From the NCBI GenBank assembly GCA_963674785.1, contig OY771555.1, forward strand, positions 144,851-208,850: a DNA stretch of 64,000 nucleotides. The letters are read 5' to 3'. The notes beneath the pieces are model-generated. The model did no database searches. It worked only from the letters and a program-made list of their open reading frames with translations, and was not told where the DNA came from. The stretch is from Caldisericia bacterium (GTDB lineage Bacteria; Caldisericota; Caldisericia; JAAYUI01). Every line of letters begins with the position of its first letter. The stretch's first letter is position 1. Of the stretch, positions 48,789 to 59,733 are shown piece by piece. The translations under genes and the position numbers were made by a program.

Positions 48789-50336
48789 CTACTTTTTATA
48801 GGTAAGGCGGATCTCTTTGGTTTCTGCAATCCAATCAACATTGCAGCCATGAGATTCGCCGAGAAATCTGAATGGAACCATTGTTCTACCATTGATGATG
48901 CTCGGAACAACTCCCGGGTTTGGGTCAATCTCTACAATCTTTCCATCAACTCTCGCCTGGTTTTTCCCAATCCAAAACTCAACAATTTCGCCTGCAAAAT
49001 AGCTTGTAACTTTTCGTTCAGCAGCATCCCATCTGACCCATCCACCAAGGGGCTCAATTACGTATCTTGCGGGGATGAGTGTCCTGTCGTGAGCAATAAC
49101 AGGTTCAGAGTCTATTGAGATATTCGTACTGTCAATCGTTAGCGATGATTGACCAAGCTGGAAACCAAGATATTTGGCACCAGCACCAAAGGAACAGATT
49201 TTACCCAACTCATCACCAATAAATATTGAACCATCTGAAATGGCTGGAGCTGATGTAAACCCTCTAGTATGCTCTATCTGCCAAAGAGTCTTCCCACTCT
49301 TTGAGTCAATACAGTAGATGACCCCCTGAGTATCAGAAGAGCCGCTTACCTTAGTCGCAAAGTATGTTTTGCTTGATGAGATCGGTGCTGAGACAATCTC
49401 CTCGCCAACCTTCAAACTCTTAATCCATTTCGATGAACCATCAGAAGTCTTGATGGCCTTCAGGAAGTTTTTCGAACCTATCTTTACACCAACTATAAGT
49501 GAATCATCATATATTGAAGGAAGAGTTTCGATTGAATCACCCACATCAATGTTCCATTTTTCTGAACCATTTGAGGAGCTTAAACAAAACATCTCACCAC
49601 TTTCAAAAGACACAAAACAATTGTCTCCTGAGACCGTAACACTCTGCTCAAAAAGCCCTTTACTGAGAGTTTTTTTCCATATCTTTGAACCTGTTCTATA
49701 ATTAAAACAATGAACACTTTTTTCTGAAGCTACATAAACTCTACCGGCAGAGTATGAAGGTATCCCAGCAGTTTCTCCAGAAAGCTGTTCTGTCCAGTCC
49801 TTCTTTTGTTGAAGAGGGTTTTTTAGATAGGTTATATTAGTAATTCCATTTTGGGTACTCGTATAGAAAAGACCCCTTTCAGGTACAACAAGCACAGAAT
49901 CAACTTTTGTATTTGTTTCAATAGAAAATCGTTCTCGACCATTTTTAAGATAAAAAACATCAATCGATCTCCACCCAGGAACAAAAATCAAGTCGTTCCA
50001 TATGGCCGGGATTGTATCAGAGTCAACCGAACCGAGAGTCTTTGACCATTCTTTTCGGCCGTTGCTGCTTATACAATTCAACCTGCCACCATCTGAAATA
50101 TATACAATTTTATCACCATAAACGATAGGCGGAGAAAGGGTTGCAGCATTTGTGTCATACTCCCAATATTTTGCGAATCGATTCAATGACAGCCCACAGG
50201 AGTCATCAAATGCACCTGTCCTTGCAGGGTTGCCTCGGTGCATCTCCCAATTGCAGCCGATAGCAAAAGTACAGACAGGATTGATTGTCAATACTGCCAG
50301 CAAAAATAGTATTATCGCGACTCTTTGAACGTTCAT
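48789..50336 (-). CDS. Secreted PQQ-type beta-propeller protein with C-terminal copper-amine-oxidase N-terminal domain
   Basis: 515 aa; signal peptide; propeller-blade motifs (RTGSKIW, NGSEKW, DGSSKW, KSGKTLW); C-terminal stalk motifs (LIPARYVIEPLGGWVRWDAAERK, MVPFRFLGESHGCNVDWIAETK). Confidence 0.75.
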   Translation of the reverse strand: MNVQRVAIILFLLAVLTINPVCTFAIGCNWEMHRGNPARTGAFDDSCGLSLNRFAKYWEYDTNAATLSPPIVYGDKIVYISDGGRLNCISSNGRKEWSKTLGSVDSDTIPAIWNDLIFVPGWRSIDVFYLKNGRERFSIETNTKVDSVLVVPERGLFYTSTQNGITNITYLKNPLQQKKDWTEQLSGETAGIPSYSAGRVYVASEKSVHCFNYRTGSKIWKKTLSKGLFEQSVTVSGDNCFVSFESGEMFCLSSSNGSEKWNIDVGDSIETLPSIYDDSLIVGVKIGSKNFLKAIKTSDGSSKWIKSLKVGEEIVSAPISSSKTYFATKVSGSSDTQGVIYCIDSKSGKTLWQIEHTRGFTSAPAISDGSIFIGDELGKICSFGAGAKYLGFQLGQSSLTIDSTNISIDSEPVIAHDRTLIPARYVIEPLGGWVRWDAAERKVTSYFAGEIVEFWIGKNQARVDGKIVEIDPNPGVVPSIINGRTMVPFRFLGESHGCNVDWIAETKEIRLTYKK

Positions 50337-50406
50337 TTTCCTTTAGTGTTTATCTTAGCAACGATTCACTCAGTTTCAATACAAAATTTCAAACTGATGG
50401 TTCAAA

Positions 50407-51009
50407 TTAAGCAATTTCTTCAAATCCAAGCTCAGTTAAAGCAATCCTTTTCATAAACGGGTACGCAAATATCTCCCCTGTTTGTTCGACCTTTAAAAGA
50501 CCTTCGGTTTTGAGTTTTTTTGCCATTTTTGCAATCTCATCAACACCTGCAGAGCTAAAGATTTTTAGATATTCCTCTGGCACAACATATTTATCATCAA
50601 AAAATCCATACTCCATAAAAACATCAACTTCTGAAAGTTTTACAATAGTTCGAAGCAAATTTTTTACACTTAGTGTTAACTCATCAAGCTGTATTTTGGG
50701 CTTTTCCTGGGGAGGAGGTTCTGGTAGCTCAGATATTTCTTGAGCATCCACTTCATCCACAACTTCAGGTATAATTAGGTTTTCAGTTTCTTTGTCATCT
50801 ATCCAATCTGGTAAAACATCAGCTTCAAGAACTTCTTTTTCTGCCGAGACCGGTGGAAAAACTTCGTCTTTTGCAAACTCATTAATGATTTCATCAAGAG
50901 CATCAACAGTAGACTCCCCAGAAAACTCAGCTCTAACATCTGATTTTAAATCATCCTCATCAACCTTCAATCTATAGCTTCTTTTGGTAATCCTTGGTTT
51001 ATCAGCCAT
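50407..51009 (-). CDS. Acidic hypothetical protein
   Basis: Start moved to ATG 51007-51009, preceded by GGAGGGG; no recognised domain. Confidence 0.6.
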   Translation of the reverse strand: MADKPRITKRSYRLKVDEDDLKSDVRAEFSGESTVDALDEIINEFAKDEVFPPVSAEKEVLEADVLPDWIDDKETENLIIPEVVDEVDAQEISELPEPPPQEKPKIQLDELTLSVKNLLRTIVKLSEVDVFMEYGFFDDKYVVPEEYLKIFSSAGVDEIAKMAKKLKTEGLLKVEQTGEIFAYPFMKRIALTELGFEEIA

Positions 51010-51222
51010 CTCACCCCTCCAAATCACTTTTGATACAAACTTATTGTACAGCATATTGAATAATTTTTCATCTAATCCTTTTGACACCCAAAAATCGATT
51101 AAGATTATTCAGAAACAAAAAATATAAAACACATAAGAAAGTCTTTTGTGAAGCGAGTTTGATTAACAATTAGTTTACATTTCGCCCTTGTATTGGAATT
51201 CCAATTCCTTACTATTCCCTTC

Positions 51223-51912
51223 ATGAGTTCGGGGAAATTAGCAATTGTCGATTTTGGTACAAGGCATATCAATTCGTTGATATCGCTTGTTCATCAATAT
51301 CTCTCTGATGATGAGATAAGGCTTATAAGGGTTACATGGCCTGGAGCAGAAATCAGGACTTTGAAGTTTGATATCCCTGATGTTGATTATGTAAGAAATA
51401 CATTTGAGCTTTCTCATTTAAGAGATTCGGATGTTGGCTTGGTACTAACTGGAAGCCCGGACACAGTAGGTTCTAATAAGGGATTTCGATCAATGTCTGA
51501 TGATATTTATTATGAATTTGAAAAACCAATGCTCTGTATCTCATACGCTCACCACCTGATCAGCACACTTGTAGATCCAAACTGCCACATGATCCCCAGA
51601 GGTGAGAGAGGAAGAACAATGCTCCTACCGCATCCAGATGCCATGAAGGATGATATCTTCAAAAACCTTCCACCTGGATTCCTCGTTTCAAATTACCACG
51701 ATTGGGCAATTTCAAAGATACCAAGAGGATTTCATCTTCTCGGTGAGACTCGTGGTGCCCAGAGTGTCATATCAGCGATAAAACATGATTTCAAACCAAT
51801 ATACTCCTTCCAGTTCCATCCAGAGATTCCTGTCTCAGGGTATTGGTCTGGTCCAGATATTGTGAAGCATTTTGTAGAGCAAGCCATTCCTCAAAGAGTA
51901 ACAGTCCAGTAG
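51223..51912 (+). CDS. Class I glutamine amidotransferase-like protein
   Basis: Candidate nucleophile Cys in MLCISYAHHL and His/Glu region FQFHPE; start set at MSSGKLAIVDFGT. Confidence 0.6.
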   Translation: MSSGKLAIVDFGTRHINSLISLVHQYLSDDEIRLIRVTWPGAEIRTLKFDIPDVDYVRNTFELSHLRDSDVGLVLTGSPDTVGSNKGFRSMSDDIYYEFEKPMLCISYAHHLISTLVDPNCHMIPRGERGRTMLLPHPDAMKDDIFKNLPPGFLVSNYHDWAISKIPRGFHLLGETRGAQSVISAIKHDFKPIYSFQFHPEIPVSGYWSGPDIVKHFVEQAIPQRVTVQ

Positions 51913-51990
51913 ATTAAAGCTCACTCATACTCTGCTGCATATCAGCTAAAATTTTGACTGTTTCTCTAAGTCTGCTATCATTCTAGGTGG

Positions 51991-53433
51991 ATGATGAAAA
52001 TGAAAGAGACAATCAATTCAGTTGAAGAGTATCTTGGAACAATAAGAACTCTTACAAAAAATGTTGGGGATTTTATTTTTAGAGGTCAAGAGGATGCTGG
52101 TTGGCCAGTTGAATGCAGTGCCTCAAGACGGCTTCGTGTCTTTTTAAAAGACGACTTAGTCCCAGAGTTTCTAATCCACTACCATTCAGCTATTCTGACA
52201 AATATTAAAACAAAACGTTTTCCCGAATATCAAAAACAGGACATACACGAAATAGATATAATCGCAGACCAACAACATATGGGAGCAGCCACAATGCTAA
52301 TCGATTTTACAAGAAACTCCCTTGTTGCACTCTATTTTGCATGCCTCTCATCACAAATCAAACCAATCAGGGGTGCGGTTTTTGTCGTAAACTGTAATGA
52401 TTTAAAGCGATTCAATTACGATGAGAACAGGAATTATTTTGACCCAGATACTCACCAAATAACTGGAGATCTTATAAAAAAGGATATTTTTTTCTGGGAG
52501 CCCAGTTTTATAAACCAAAGAATACAAGCTCAGGATTCTGTTTTTGTGTTTGGTATACCAATCCTTAATATTTCTGATGAAAATGTCATTCTGATTGACG
52601 AGAATGCAAAAGAAACAATCCTGAAAGAGTTGGATGACTTCTTTAACATAAATAGTTCAACCCTTTTCAATGATTCCTTCGGATTCGCAAAAGCCAACAG
52701 CGTCGAATCTCCAATGAGTTACAGAGATCAATACAGCGAGCGAGCCATAATTCTGTCTTTCATAAAGAATAAAGAATTCGAAAAAGCAGCAACTAAACTC
52801 GATATATACATAGAAAAATATCCGAATGATGATTTCGGATATTACCAAAGGGGCTTATCTAGATTTCGACTCGGGAAAATAAGAGAATCGATAGTGGATT
52901 TTAGCGATGCCTTAAAGATAAAACCCAATGATTATAAGATTCATAATGCTAGTGGGATTGGAAAGTCTAAAATTGGAGATCTAGATTCTGCCATAATGGA
53001 CTTTGATAGAGCAATTCAACTTCATCATGATTCAGCGGAAGTTTTTTACAACCGTGGAAATGCCAAAAGGAAAAAGGGTGATTTTGAAGGGGCGCTTGCT
53101 GACTACAACAATGCGATTCTTTTGAAACCAACCATCGCTGGCTTCTATGTAAACAGAAGCATCATAAAATCAAATCTCAACGATGTCAGAGGAGCGATTT
53201 CTGACCTCGACGAAGCCATCAGACTCAACCCCAATGTTCCTGAAGCGTTCTATAACCGTGGCTGTGAATATGAAACCCTCAGCAAACAAGAGAATGAAGA
53301 GGAAAACACCAGAAAGAAGCTTGAGAATTTCAGAAAAGCACGAGAGATTGCAGAAGAACAAGGCAATGAGCTTATTATAAAAAAGATTCAGGAATCTCAG
53401 AATCAGAACTGTTCAAAGATTACAGATCAGTAA
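51991..53433 (+). CDS. FRG-domain protein fused to TPR repeats
   Basis: 480 aa; FRG signature DFIFRGQEDAGWPVECSASRR; C-terminal TPR-like repeats. Confidence 0.7.
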   Translation: MMKMKETINSVEEYLGTIRTLTKNVGDFIFRGQEDAGWPVECSASRRLRVFLKDDLVPEFLIHYHSAILTNIKTKRFPEYQKQDIHEIDIIADQQHMGAATMLIDFTRNSLVALYFACLSSQIKPIRGAVFVVNCNDLKRFNYDENRNYFDPDTHQITGDLIKKDIFFWEPSFINQRIQAQDSVFVFGIPILNISDENVILIDENAKETILKELDDFFNINSSTLFNDSFGFAKANSVESPMSYRDQYSERAIILSFIKNKEFEKAATKLDIYIEKYPNDDFGYYQRGLSRFRLGKIRESIVDFSDALKIKPNDYKIHNASGIGKSKIGDLDSAIMDFDRAIQLHHDSAEVFYNRGNAKRKKGDFEGALADYNNAILLKPTIAGFYVNRSIIKSNLNDVRGAISDLDEAIRLNPNVPEAFYNRGCEYETLSKQENEEENTRKKLENFRKAREIAEEQGNELIIKKIQESQNQNCSKITDQ

Positions 53434-54677
53434 ACCCCTTCGGGCAGATTCTCGGCTCTTGAAAGCAGGAACTGGAATGAGAGAAGATTAAAATCTGGGT
53501 CTCTTTCATCTACCAAGATGCTGACTGCTCCATCGGTTGGAAGATTAACATCTCTTCTTACTTTCAAGATCACGTATGAGTTCGGATCTTTATCGTAGAG
53601 CTTTCTTTCAAGCATCCATCTTTGATTAATATCCTCGGTGTCAAGTCTCACAATCTGGTCGCCAACCATAAGCCCCGAGATTTCAGCAGGAGTCTCTTTT
53701 ACAAAGCCAGAGATTATAAGATTTTCGCTCTCATCATCAATTACAATTCCTATTCTTGCAGGATCAACCAATCTCACAAGCAATCTCTCATATATTGGAT
53801 TTGAAGCATCTTCAATTCCATATGGCACAAGTTCTTTTAGGGACATATCCTTAAACTGCATGAAGTTACCAGCCCAATGCGAAAGCTGTGCTGAAAAGAT
53901 GTGATTAAACTTAACCGAGGAATAGACTAGATAGGTCATCATATCAGGATCAAGTTCAGCACCACACCAAAGCTGCAATGCATAAGCAAAATCAGAAAGG
54001 AATTGTTCCCAACCACTTAATGCAGTTCCATATTGTTTGGTCAATTTCTCAATCTGTGTGAGATCAAAATCCTCTTTTTTCGATTCACGCATAAGCAAAG
54101 CTGCAATATACCCTTGCTCAACATACTCATATGTAACCTCTGTATGGATAAAAATTTCGGCTGAATTCCCATCAACTGAAACTCTTGTTAATCCAGGTGC
54201 AAGCGATGGATCAATTTGGATATTGATTCTCTCAAAGTTATTCTTTACACGGAGTTTATCGTTCAACTTTGTAATTCTTGTTTTGATATTATCTGCATCC
54301 AAAAGCTCCAAAGAATGTTGTGAAGTTGCAATCGCCTTATCTCTAAACATATCCAGAGTCTCATCTGTGAGATTCAAAAGACTTTCAAATCTACTATCTG
54401 GAACCGGATTTCCAACAATATCAATTGAATTGGTAAGATCAGATCTGTCAGTTGAATAAAGAACCTGATTCGTGATAACCCCAAGATTCCTCACATAGTA
54501 CTCAAAGCTTTCAAGTCTACCTGTATCCCACCCGCCATATGAGGCAAGCAACAACCCAACCTTTAAATCGTTCCAATCGGGATCCAACGTAACCTCAGTA
54601 TCTATGGGTCTAGTAGCCCCGCTACAACCAGCAAATAAAAAAACCATAATCAAAAATGAAGCTAGTAAGTTCCTCAT
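53427..54677 (-). CDS. Lipoprotein with C-terminal PDZ domain
   Basis: 416 aa; lipobox LFAGC; PDZ-like GFVKETPAEISGLMVGDQIVRLD. Confidence 0.7.
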   Translation of the reverse strand: MRNLLASFLIMVFLFAGCSGATRPIDTEVTLDPDWNDLKVGLLLASYGGWDTGRLESFEYYVRNLGVITNQVLYSTDRSDLTNSIDIVGNPVPDSRFESLLNLTDETLDMFRDKAIATSQHSLELLDADNIKTRITKLNDKLRVKNNFERINIQIDPSLAPGLTRVSVDGNSAEIFIHTEVTYEYVEQGYIAALLMRESKKEDFDLTQIEKLTKQYGTALSGWEQFLSDFAYALQLWCGAELDPDMMTYLVYSSVKFNHIFSAQLSHWAGNFMQFKDMSLKELVPYGIEDASNPIYERLLVRLVDPARIGIVIDDESENLIISGFVKETPAEISGLMVGDQIVRLDTEDINQRWMLERKLYDKDPNSYVILKVRRDVNLPTDGAVSILVDERDPDFNLLSFQFLLSRAENLPEGVY

Positions 54678-55567
54678 TTTATCTCCTTGAGTACTTCTTC
54701 TATATTGGGTGGGTTAGGAAAGTTATAGATCACACCACCCGGTTTCTCATTATAATACGGTCTATTGCAACCAGGACAACCAGGAGTTTGAAAGTCAGCG
54801 GCAACTGTATCGGATGCAAAAGCTTCCACACTTATAAGCATATCATTCTCATCAAACTCAAATCTACTTTTCGGATTCTTCCTCAAGGTTGCAACTGCAA
54901 CCTGAATTTTTCTATATCTTTCGACTGATGGCTGGGATTCATTTTTAAGTCTTGTTCCCGGAATAGGAGTAAATGCAAAAAGCGAAACATTCACATTTCC
55001 AACAATCAGTTCTCTTGATAGCTCAACAAGTTCTCTATCAGTTTCTCCGAGCCCAGCAATAAGATGGGTTGTTATTTTCCTTGGGTATTTTGCAGCTAGT
55101 TTCAAAATCAAATCTTTTGTTTTTGGAAATGAAATCGACTTAATACTACTAGAAAGTTTTTCTGAAGCACAATCTAGAGCAATCGAAACGATATCCGCAC
55201 CGGCATCAAATAGTTTTTTTACATCATCCTCTGATTCTATACTCATTGAGATTGAAATCGGAATATCAGTAACACTCTTAATTCGATTCAGAACATCAAA
55301 AACCTCAGCTGAGGCTTGTTTGTTTTTGACTGCCTGAAGACAGATTCTATCGGCTTTTGATTCAGGAATCTTTTTCAAAATCTCTGAAAGTTGAACTTCA
55401 GGCCATGTGACCCTGGAAAGCAAGGCATTATTCCCCGACGACTGTGGACAGAATGCACATCCACCAAGGCAGTTTTCCCCAATCAACAAAAAGATAGTCT
55501 TTGGTGAAAAAGGGAATCCTCCTGGCTTTAAGCCAAGTAATTGTAACGTTCCATATGACGCTCTCAT
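54674..55567 (-). CDS. Radical SAM domain protein
   Basis: 297 aa; CLGGCAFC (Cx3Cx2C) near the N-terminus; extra C-terminal Cys pair PGCPGC. Confidence 0.7.
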   Translation of the reverse strand: MRASYGTLQLLGLKPGGFPFSPKTIFLLIGENCLGGCAFCPQSSGNNALLSRVTWPEVQLSEILKKIPESKADRICLQAVKNKQASAEVFDVLNRIKSVTDIPISISMSIESEDDVKKLFDAGADIVSIALDCASEKLSSSIKSISFPKTKDLILKLAAKYPRKITTHLIAGLGETDRELVELSRELIVGNVNVSLFAFTPIPGTRLKNESQPSVERYRKIQVAVATLRKNPKSRFEFDENDMLISVEAFASDTVAADFQTPGCPGCNRPYYNEKPGGVIYNFPNPPNIEEVLKEIK

Positions 55568-55571
55568 TGAG

Positions 55572-57278
55572 TTAATTTATATCATATGTGACTGTAATAT
55601 CAATTCTTTTTTCGTCACCATCCCACCCAATTTCACCATTTAAGGTGTCCTGGGCAATAAATCTGAGTGGAACAAGTGTCGTACTATTTTGAATAAATGG
55701 TGCTGCATCAAGTTTTAGAAGCTGCCCATCAAGAAATGCTGTTGTTGAATCAATCATAACAATACAAGTATGCTCTGGACCGACTACCGTTACTGATCTT
55801 GTATCACCGTCCCATTTTACCTCAGACCTCAATGACTCCGAGACAAACCTGACGGGAAGAAATGTTCTTCCATTTTTAATGGTTGGTGGAACCTGAAGAT
55901 AAACCCTTACTCCATCAACATAGGCTTCAGGTTGACCAATCCACATAGAGACTTTAATCGTTTCCTGAAGAACAAGTTCAACTTCTTTAGTCCAGGTGGT
56001 TTCATTCCCTGCAGTATCAACTGCAACCAAAGAAAGTGTGTTTGTCCCAGATTTTAAAGGAAAACTCACTGAGAACTTTCCATCATCCACAGCCTTAACG
56101 GGTTTTGAACCATATTTAATTGTTGCACCAGGCTCAGTAATTCCATTTACTACAAGTGGATTTTTGTGAACAACGTCACCGGGATCTGTTACAGAAAGAA
56201 CCGGTTTTACAGTGTCTAATGTGACTTGAACAGTTTTTTCTGTCACTCCACCCTTATCATTTTTTGCATAAAACTCAATCTTATTGAGTCCTTCATTGAG
56301 CATCAATTCATGCTCGAACGAACCATCAACGGCGATCTCTCTTGGCATCCTGTTGATTTTTAAGCTTACACCAGGGTTTGTTCTACCCTTAATAGTAATG
56401 GTACTCTGGTTGGTAATCATGCCTTCTTTTGGTTCATCAATTGTTATATCAGGTGGAATTACCTCTTCTACAGCTTTTTCCATAAGGTAGAAAGTACACA
56501 AAACTTCAGCAGTACCACCATTTGAATATATTTCACATCTGCTTTTATAATTCTTATTCACCCTCAATCCTTCAGTTGGTGGATTAACAGTCAGTGAAAT
56601 CTCTTTCTCATCTGCTGTAAAATTCACAGGATCAACTGAAAGCCAAGAGCTATTGCATTCGGCAGTCGCCTTCAGACCTTCTTTGCCAATGTTTTTTACC
56701 TTCGCTGTAAGAGTCTTTGAATCTCCAGGATACATCGAACCAAAATCAAGTGTTTCTGGGCTTACTGTTATTTTTGGTTTTGTTGGAGAAGAGACAACTT
56801 CAACATAAGAATCTTTTGTTGTAAGTTCGACACTTTCAAACCCTTTTGTTTTAGCGATAACCTTTTCTATCTTAATATCTGATTTTTCAGATGGTGTGAG
56901 TCCAACAAAATTAAGCATACAAATAGTTTTCAATTCAGATGGAAGGGTTGTTTTTTTATCGATATGAGAAACTGTCACCGTAACTGTACCAGATTTTGCA
57001 TTATTAATCTCAGCAACAGGTTCCACTTCACCCTCGATAAAGCTTCCCCACTCATAATCGTTGAACTTTAAAACTTTTGCCTCATAAACAATTTCAAAAG
57101 ATAAGGCATAAACATCCTTGAGGTCTCTTGATCTGATGTCAACACGAAGTGTGTCATTCTTCATGATTTTCTTTAAAACTGGTTCAACCGTAAGCTCACC
57201 CTCAGATGAACTCACATATCCAGCAGAAATTATCATCATCGAACAGACAATCACTGATAAAATTTTATTTCTCATCAT
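55572..57278 (-). CDS. Secreted multi-domain protein with two C-terminal copper-amine-oxidase N-terminal domains
   Basis: 568 aa; signal peptide; Ig-like beta-rich middle; C-terminal FLPVRFVSESLRSEVKWDGDTR and LVPLRFIAQDTLNGEIGWDGDEK. Confidence 0.7.
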   Translation of the reverse strand: MMRNKILSVIVCSMMIISAGYVSSSEGELTVEPVLKKIMKNDTLRVDIRSRDLKDVYALSFEIVYEAKVLKFNDYEWGSFIEGEVEPVAEINNAKSGTVTVTVSHIDKKTTLPSELKTICMLNFVGLTPSEKSDIKIEKVIAKTKGFESVELTTKDSYVEVVSSPTKPKITVSPETLDFGSMYPGDSKTLTAKVKNIGKEGLKATAECNSSWLSVDPVNFTADEKEISLTVNPPTEGLRVNKNYKSRCEIYSNGGTAEVLCTFYLMEKAVEEVIPPDITIDEPKEGMITNQSTITIKGRTNPGVSLKINRMPREIAVDGSFEHELMLNEGLNKIEFYAKNDKGGVTEKTVQVTLDTVKPVLSVTDPGDVVHKNPLVVNGITEPGATIKYGSKPVKAVDDGKFSVSFPLKSGTNTLSLVAVDTAGNETTWTKEVELVLQETIKVSMWIGQPEAYVDGVRVYLQVPPTIKNGRTFLPVRFVSESLRSEVKWDGDTRSVTVVGPEHTCIVMIDSTTAFLDGQLLKLDAAPFIQNSTTLVPLRFIAQDTLNGEIGWDGDEKRIDITVTYDIN

Positions 57279-58075
57279 CTCATCAACCTCTCAAGAATAA
57301 CTGCAACACCATCTTCTTCATTACTTGGCGCTACAAAATCCGCTTTTTCTTTTACTGTTTCTGTTGCATTCTTCATCGCGTAAGACATTCCACACACTTC
57401 AAATGCTGGAATATCATTATCCTGGTCTCCAAATGCAACAGCATTCATCAAATTCCATCCGTTTTTTTTGGCAAGCAGCCTTAAGGCATTCCCTTTTGAA
57501 ACACCAAGCGCTCCTGCCTCAAGAAATGAAGACCAAGAGCTTACGAAATCGAGTTTTCCAGAAAACTTCTCACTCAATTCATAATACAGCCCATTTTCAC
57601 CCAAGGTTTCAGATAGAATAAAAACTCTTGTAGGATCTTCTTTTTTATTCCTCAAAAACCCTGAAAGATTTGGGACAACAATTGACTTCATACTGGTTCG
57701 GTACTCATACATATGAGATCTTTCATTTTCCTCTTGTATGTGAAATCTATCTTCCAGATAAAAACCAATGAGGTCAACCCGGTCAATCATCATATCGATT
57801 AACTCAACTGTATATTCCCACGGCATCTTCTTATGAAAAATAGGGGTATCTATATCGGAATATCTTATATACGATCCCGAATAAGCAATTATCGGGCAAT
57901 CGAATCCAATAATCTTAGTGTATGGGAATATCGAGGCATACCTTCTACCAGAGGCAAGCACAACCTCAATACCTTTTTCTCTTGCACATCTTAAGGCTTC
58001 AATGTTTCTTTTTGAAATATCCTTCTCATTCGAAAGCAGAGTGCCATCAAGGTCAACACAAATTAACTCGATCAT
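57275..58075 (-). CDS. HAD-superfamily hydrolase, Cof-like (HAD-IIB)
   Basis: 266 aa; motif I DLDGTLL, motif IV GDQDND. Confidence 0.85.
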   Translation of the reverse strand: MIELICVDLDGTLLSNEKDISKRNIEALRCAREKGIEVVLASGRRYASIFPYTKIIGFDCPIIAYSGSYIRYSDIDTPIFHKKMPWEYTVELIDMMIDRVDLIGFYLEDRFHIQEENERSHMYEYRTSMKSIVVPNLSGFLRNKKEDPTRVFILSETLGENGLYYELSEKFSGKLDFVSSWSSFLEAGALGVSKGNALRLLAKKNGWNLMNAVAFGDQDNDIPAFEVCGMSYAMKNATETVKEKADFVAPSNEEDGVAVILERLMR

Positions 58076-59463
58076 TTTTTCTTTAATCTTGAAAATGGTT
58101 TTCGGAGCTTTTTCAACAGGGCGCTCTCAGAAAGTGAAGGAACTTTTGATTCATATGGTTCAACTGCGATACCAAATTTTGCAAAGACATCTGTATTTTG
58201 CCTGAAGTATTCAAAAATAGCTTTAACAAAAACCAAAAATGGGATTGCAAGGAGAATAGCAAATGGTCCAAAAAGTGTCGAGAAAGCAAACATCACAAAC
58301 ACAATCAAAAGTGGATGTGTTTGCGTAACCTTTGCAAAAAGAGGTTTTGAAATCAGGAGATCTATTGTTTGTTCAATGATAATAAACCCAATTGAATAGT
58401 AGAGGATTATGCTCCAATTTCCCGTCGGAATTGCAGAGGCAAACGCAAGCAAAAGTCCAAGCGTAAACGATAGAATCGGGCCAACATATGGAACCATCTC
58501 ACCAAACGCCACTATCACCCCTATTATAAATGCCGAGGGTAGACCCAAAATCGCACACATTAATCCTACCAATATACCCGTTGTCGCTGAAAGAAGTGAC
58601 TGCGCCCTTACATACGTCCAGATTTTCTCATAAACATTTGCAAGCACACCTTTTACAACATTTCCAGTTTTATTTGGGAAAATCGAGAATAACACAGCAT
58701 TGGCCAAATCCCAGTCAAGTAGCAAAAATATTGTAATTATAAGGATTATTAGCCCATTGAAGATTCCATTTGCGATCTTGCCAACAAGATTCACAGTTCC
58801 GGAAATAATTGAAGTCGCAAGTGATGAAAGCCAACTTGAAAGGTTTTGAAGTGCAGTATCAATTGTTTCAGATATCGAAGCAGATGGTGAGATAACCAAA
58901 ATCTGGTATTGCAAATCATTTATTATTCCATCTAGCTCCTCAATCTCATCAGCATTTTCTACCGGATCAAGAACCGAGATTCTATTTTCGATTGAATCAA
59001 TTGCGGTACCGTATGAAAGAGTTAAGGCGTTTGAAACATGTCTACCTTCACCATTCAAGGTAAGGTTTACGATCCAACCCTCAACGGAATTTTTTATCTC
59101 ATTTACATCCAACTGTTGAAAAGTATCAGCAAGCTCTGTTACCTGAGTTCCAATAACCTTTGATGCAGGAATAATAATCCAAACCATAATCGTTATGATC
59201 ACAAGGAAGCTTATAACAATTGACAAAACACGAGGTAATTTCAGTTGGACTTTTTTCTTTTTCGCGACCTTAAAACTTCCCCTGGACAAAAAGTCGACCA
59301 TCGGTCGAACCAGGAAAACAAATACAAGCGAAATCAAAAATAGAAGTAGCAATGACCTTAGAAGCCAAAGACCATAAAACAACAAACAAATAAGGAGAAC
59401 TACAGCGATTGCCAAAAGAACTTTTAGGAAACCGTTGAGTTCTCCTCTTGTAATTTGAATCAT
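58072..59463 (-). CDS. AI-2E family transporter (UPF0118/PerM-like) with large extracytoplasmic insert
   Basis: 463 aa; C-terminal TM core resembling AI-2E transporters (GEMVPYVGPILSF...). Confidence 0.75.
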   Translation of the reverse strand: MIQITRGELNGFLKVLLAIAVVLLICLLFYGLWLLRSLLLLFLISLVFVFLVRPMVDFLSRGSFKVAKKKKVQLKLPRVLSIVISFLVIITIMVWIIIPASKVIGTQVTELADTFQQLDVNEIKNSVEGWIVNLTLNGEGRHVSNALTLSYGTAIDSIENRISVLDPVENADEIEELDGIINDLQYQILVISPSASISETIDTALQNLSSWLSSLATSIISGTVNLVGKIANGIFNGLIILIITIFLLLDWDLANAVLFSIFPNKTGNVVKGVLANVYEKIWTYVRAQSLLSATTGILVGLMCAILGLPSAFIIGVIVAFGEMVPYVGPILSFTLGLLLAFASAIPTGNWSIILYYSIGFIIIEQTIDLLISKPLFAKVTQTHPLLIVFVMFAFSTLFGPFAILLAIPFLVFVKAIFEYFRQNTDVFAKFGIAVEPYESKVPSLSESALLKKLRKPFSRLKKK

Positions 59464-59480
59464 TTTTTACCTGGAATTAT

Positions 59481-59729
59481 TTAGTGAAGTTCAGAATCAA
59501 ATTCTTCTGTTGCTTTTTGTGGAACTCTTTTGTCAATTTCTTCTTTGACTTTTGAAGCTATTTGACCAGCAATCTTTCTGGCTTCTTTTGAGTATTCCAT
59601 TCCCTTTTCATAAACGAGTTTTTGTGTGTCCTCACCTTTGGCTGGGGCAAACATTATTCCAAGGATAAAACCAATTGCTGAACCGATAACAACACCTGCT
59701 ACAAATCCGCTTCCATCTCTGTCTGACAT
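59481..59729 (-). CDS. YtxH-like membrane protein
   Basis: Start moved to ATG 59727-59729 (AAAGGAGG-N8-ATG): MSDRDGSGFVAGVVIGSAIGFILGIMFAPAK... Confidence 0.7.
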   Translation of the reverse strand: MSDRDGSGFVAGVVIGSAIGFILGIMFAPAKGEDTQKLVYEKGMEYSKEARKIAGQIASKVKEEIDKRVPQKATEEFDSELH

Positions 59730-59733
59730 ATTT

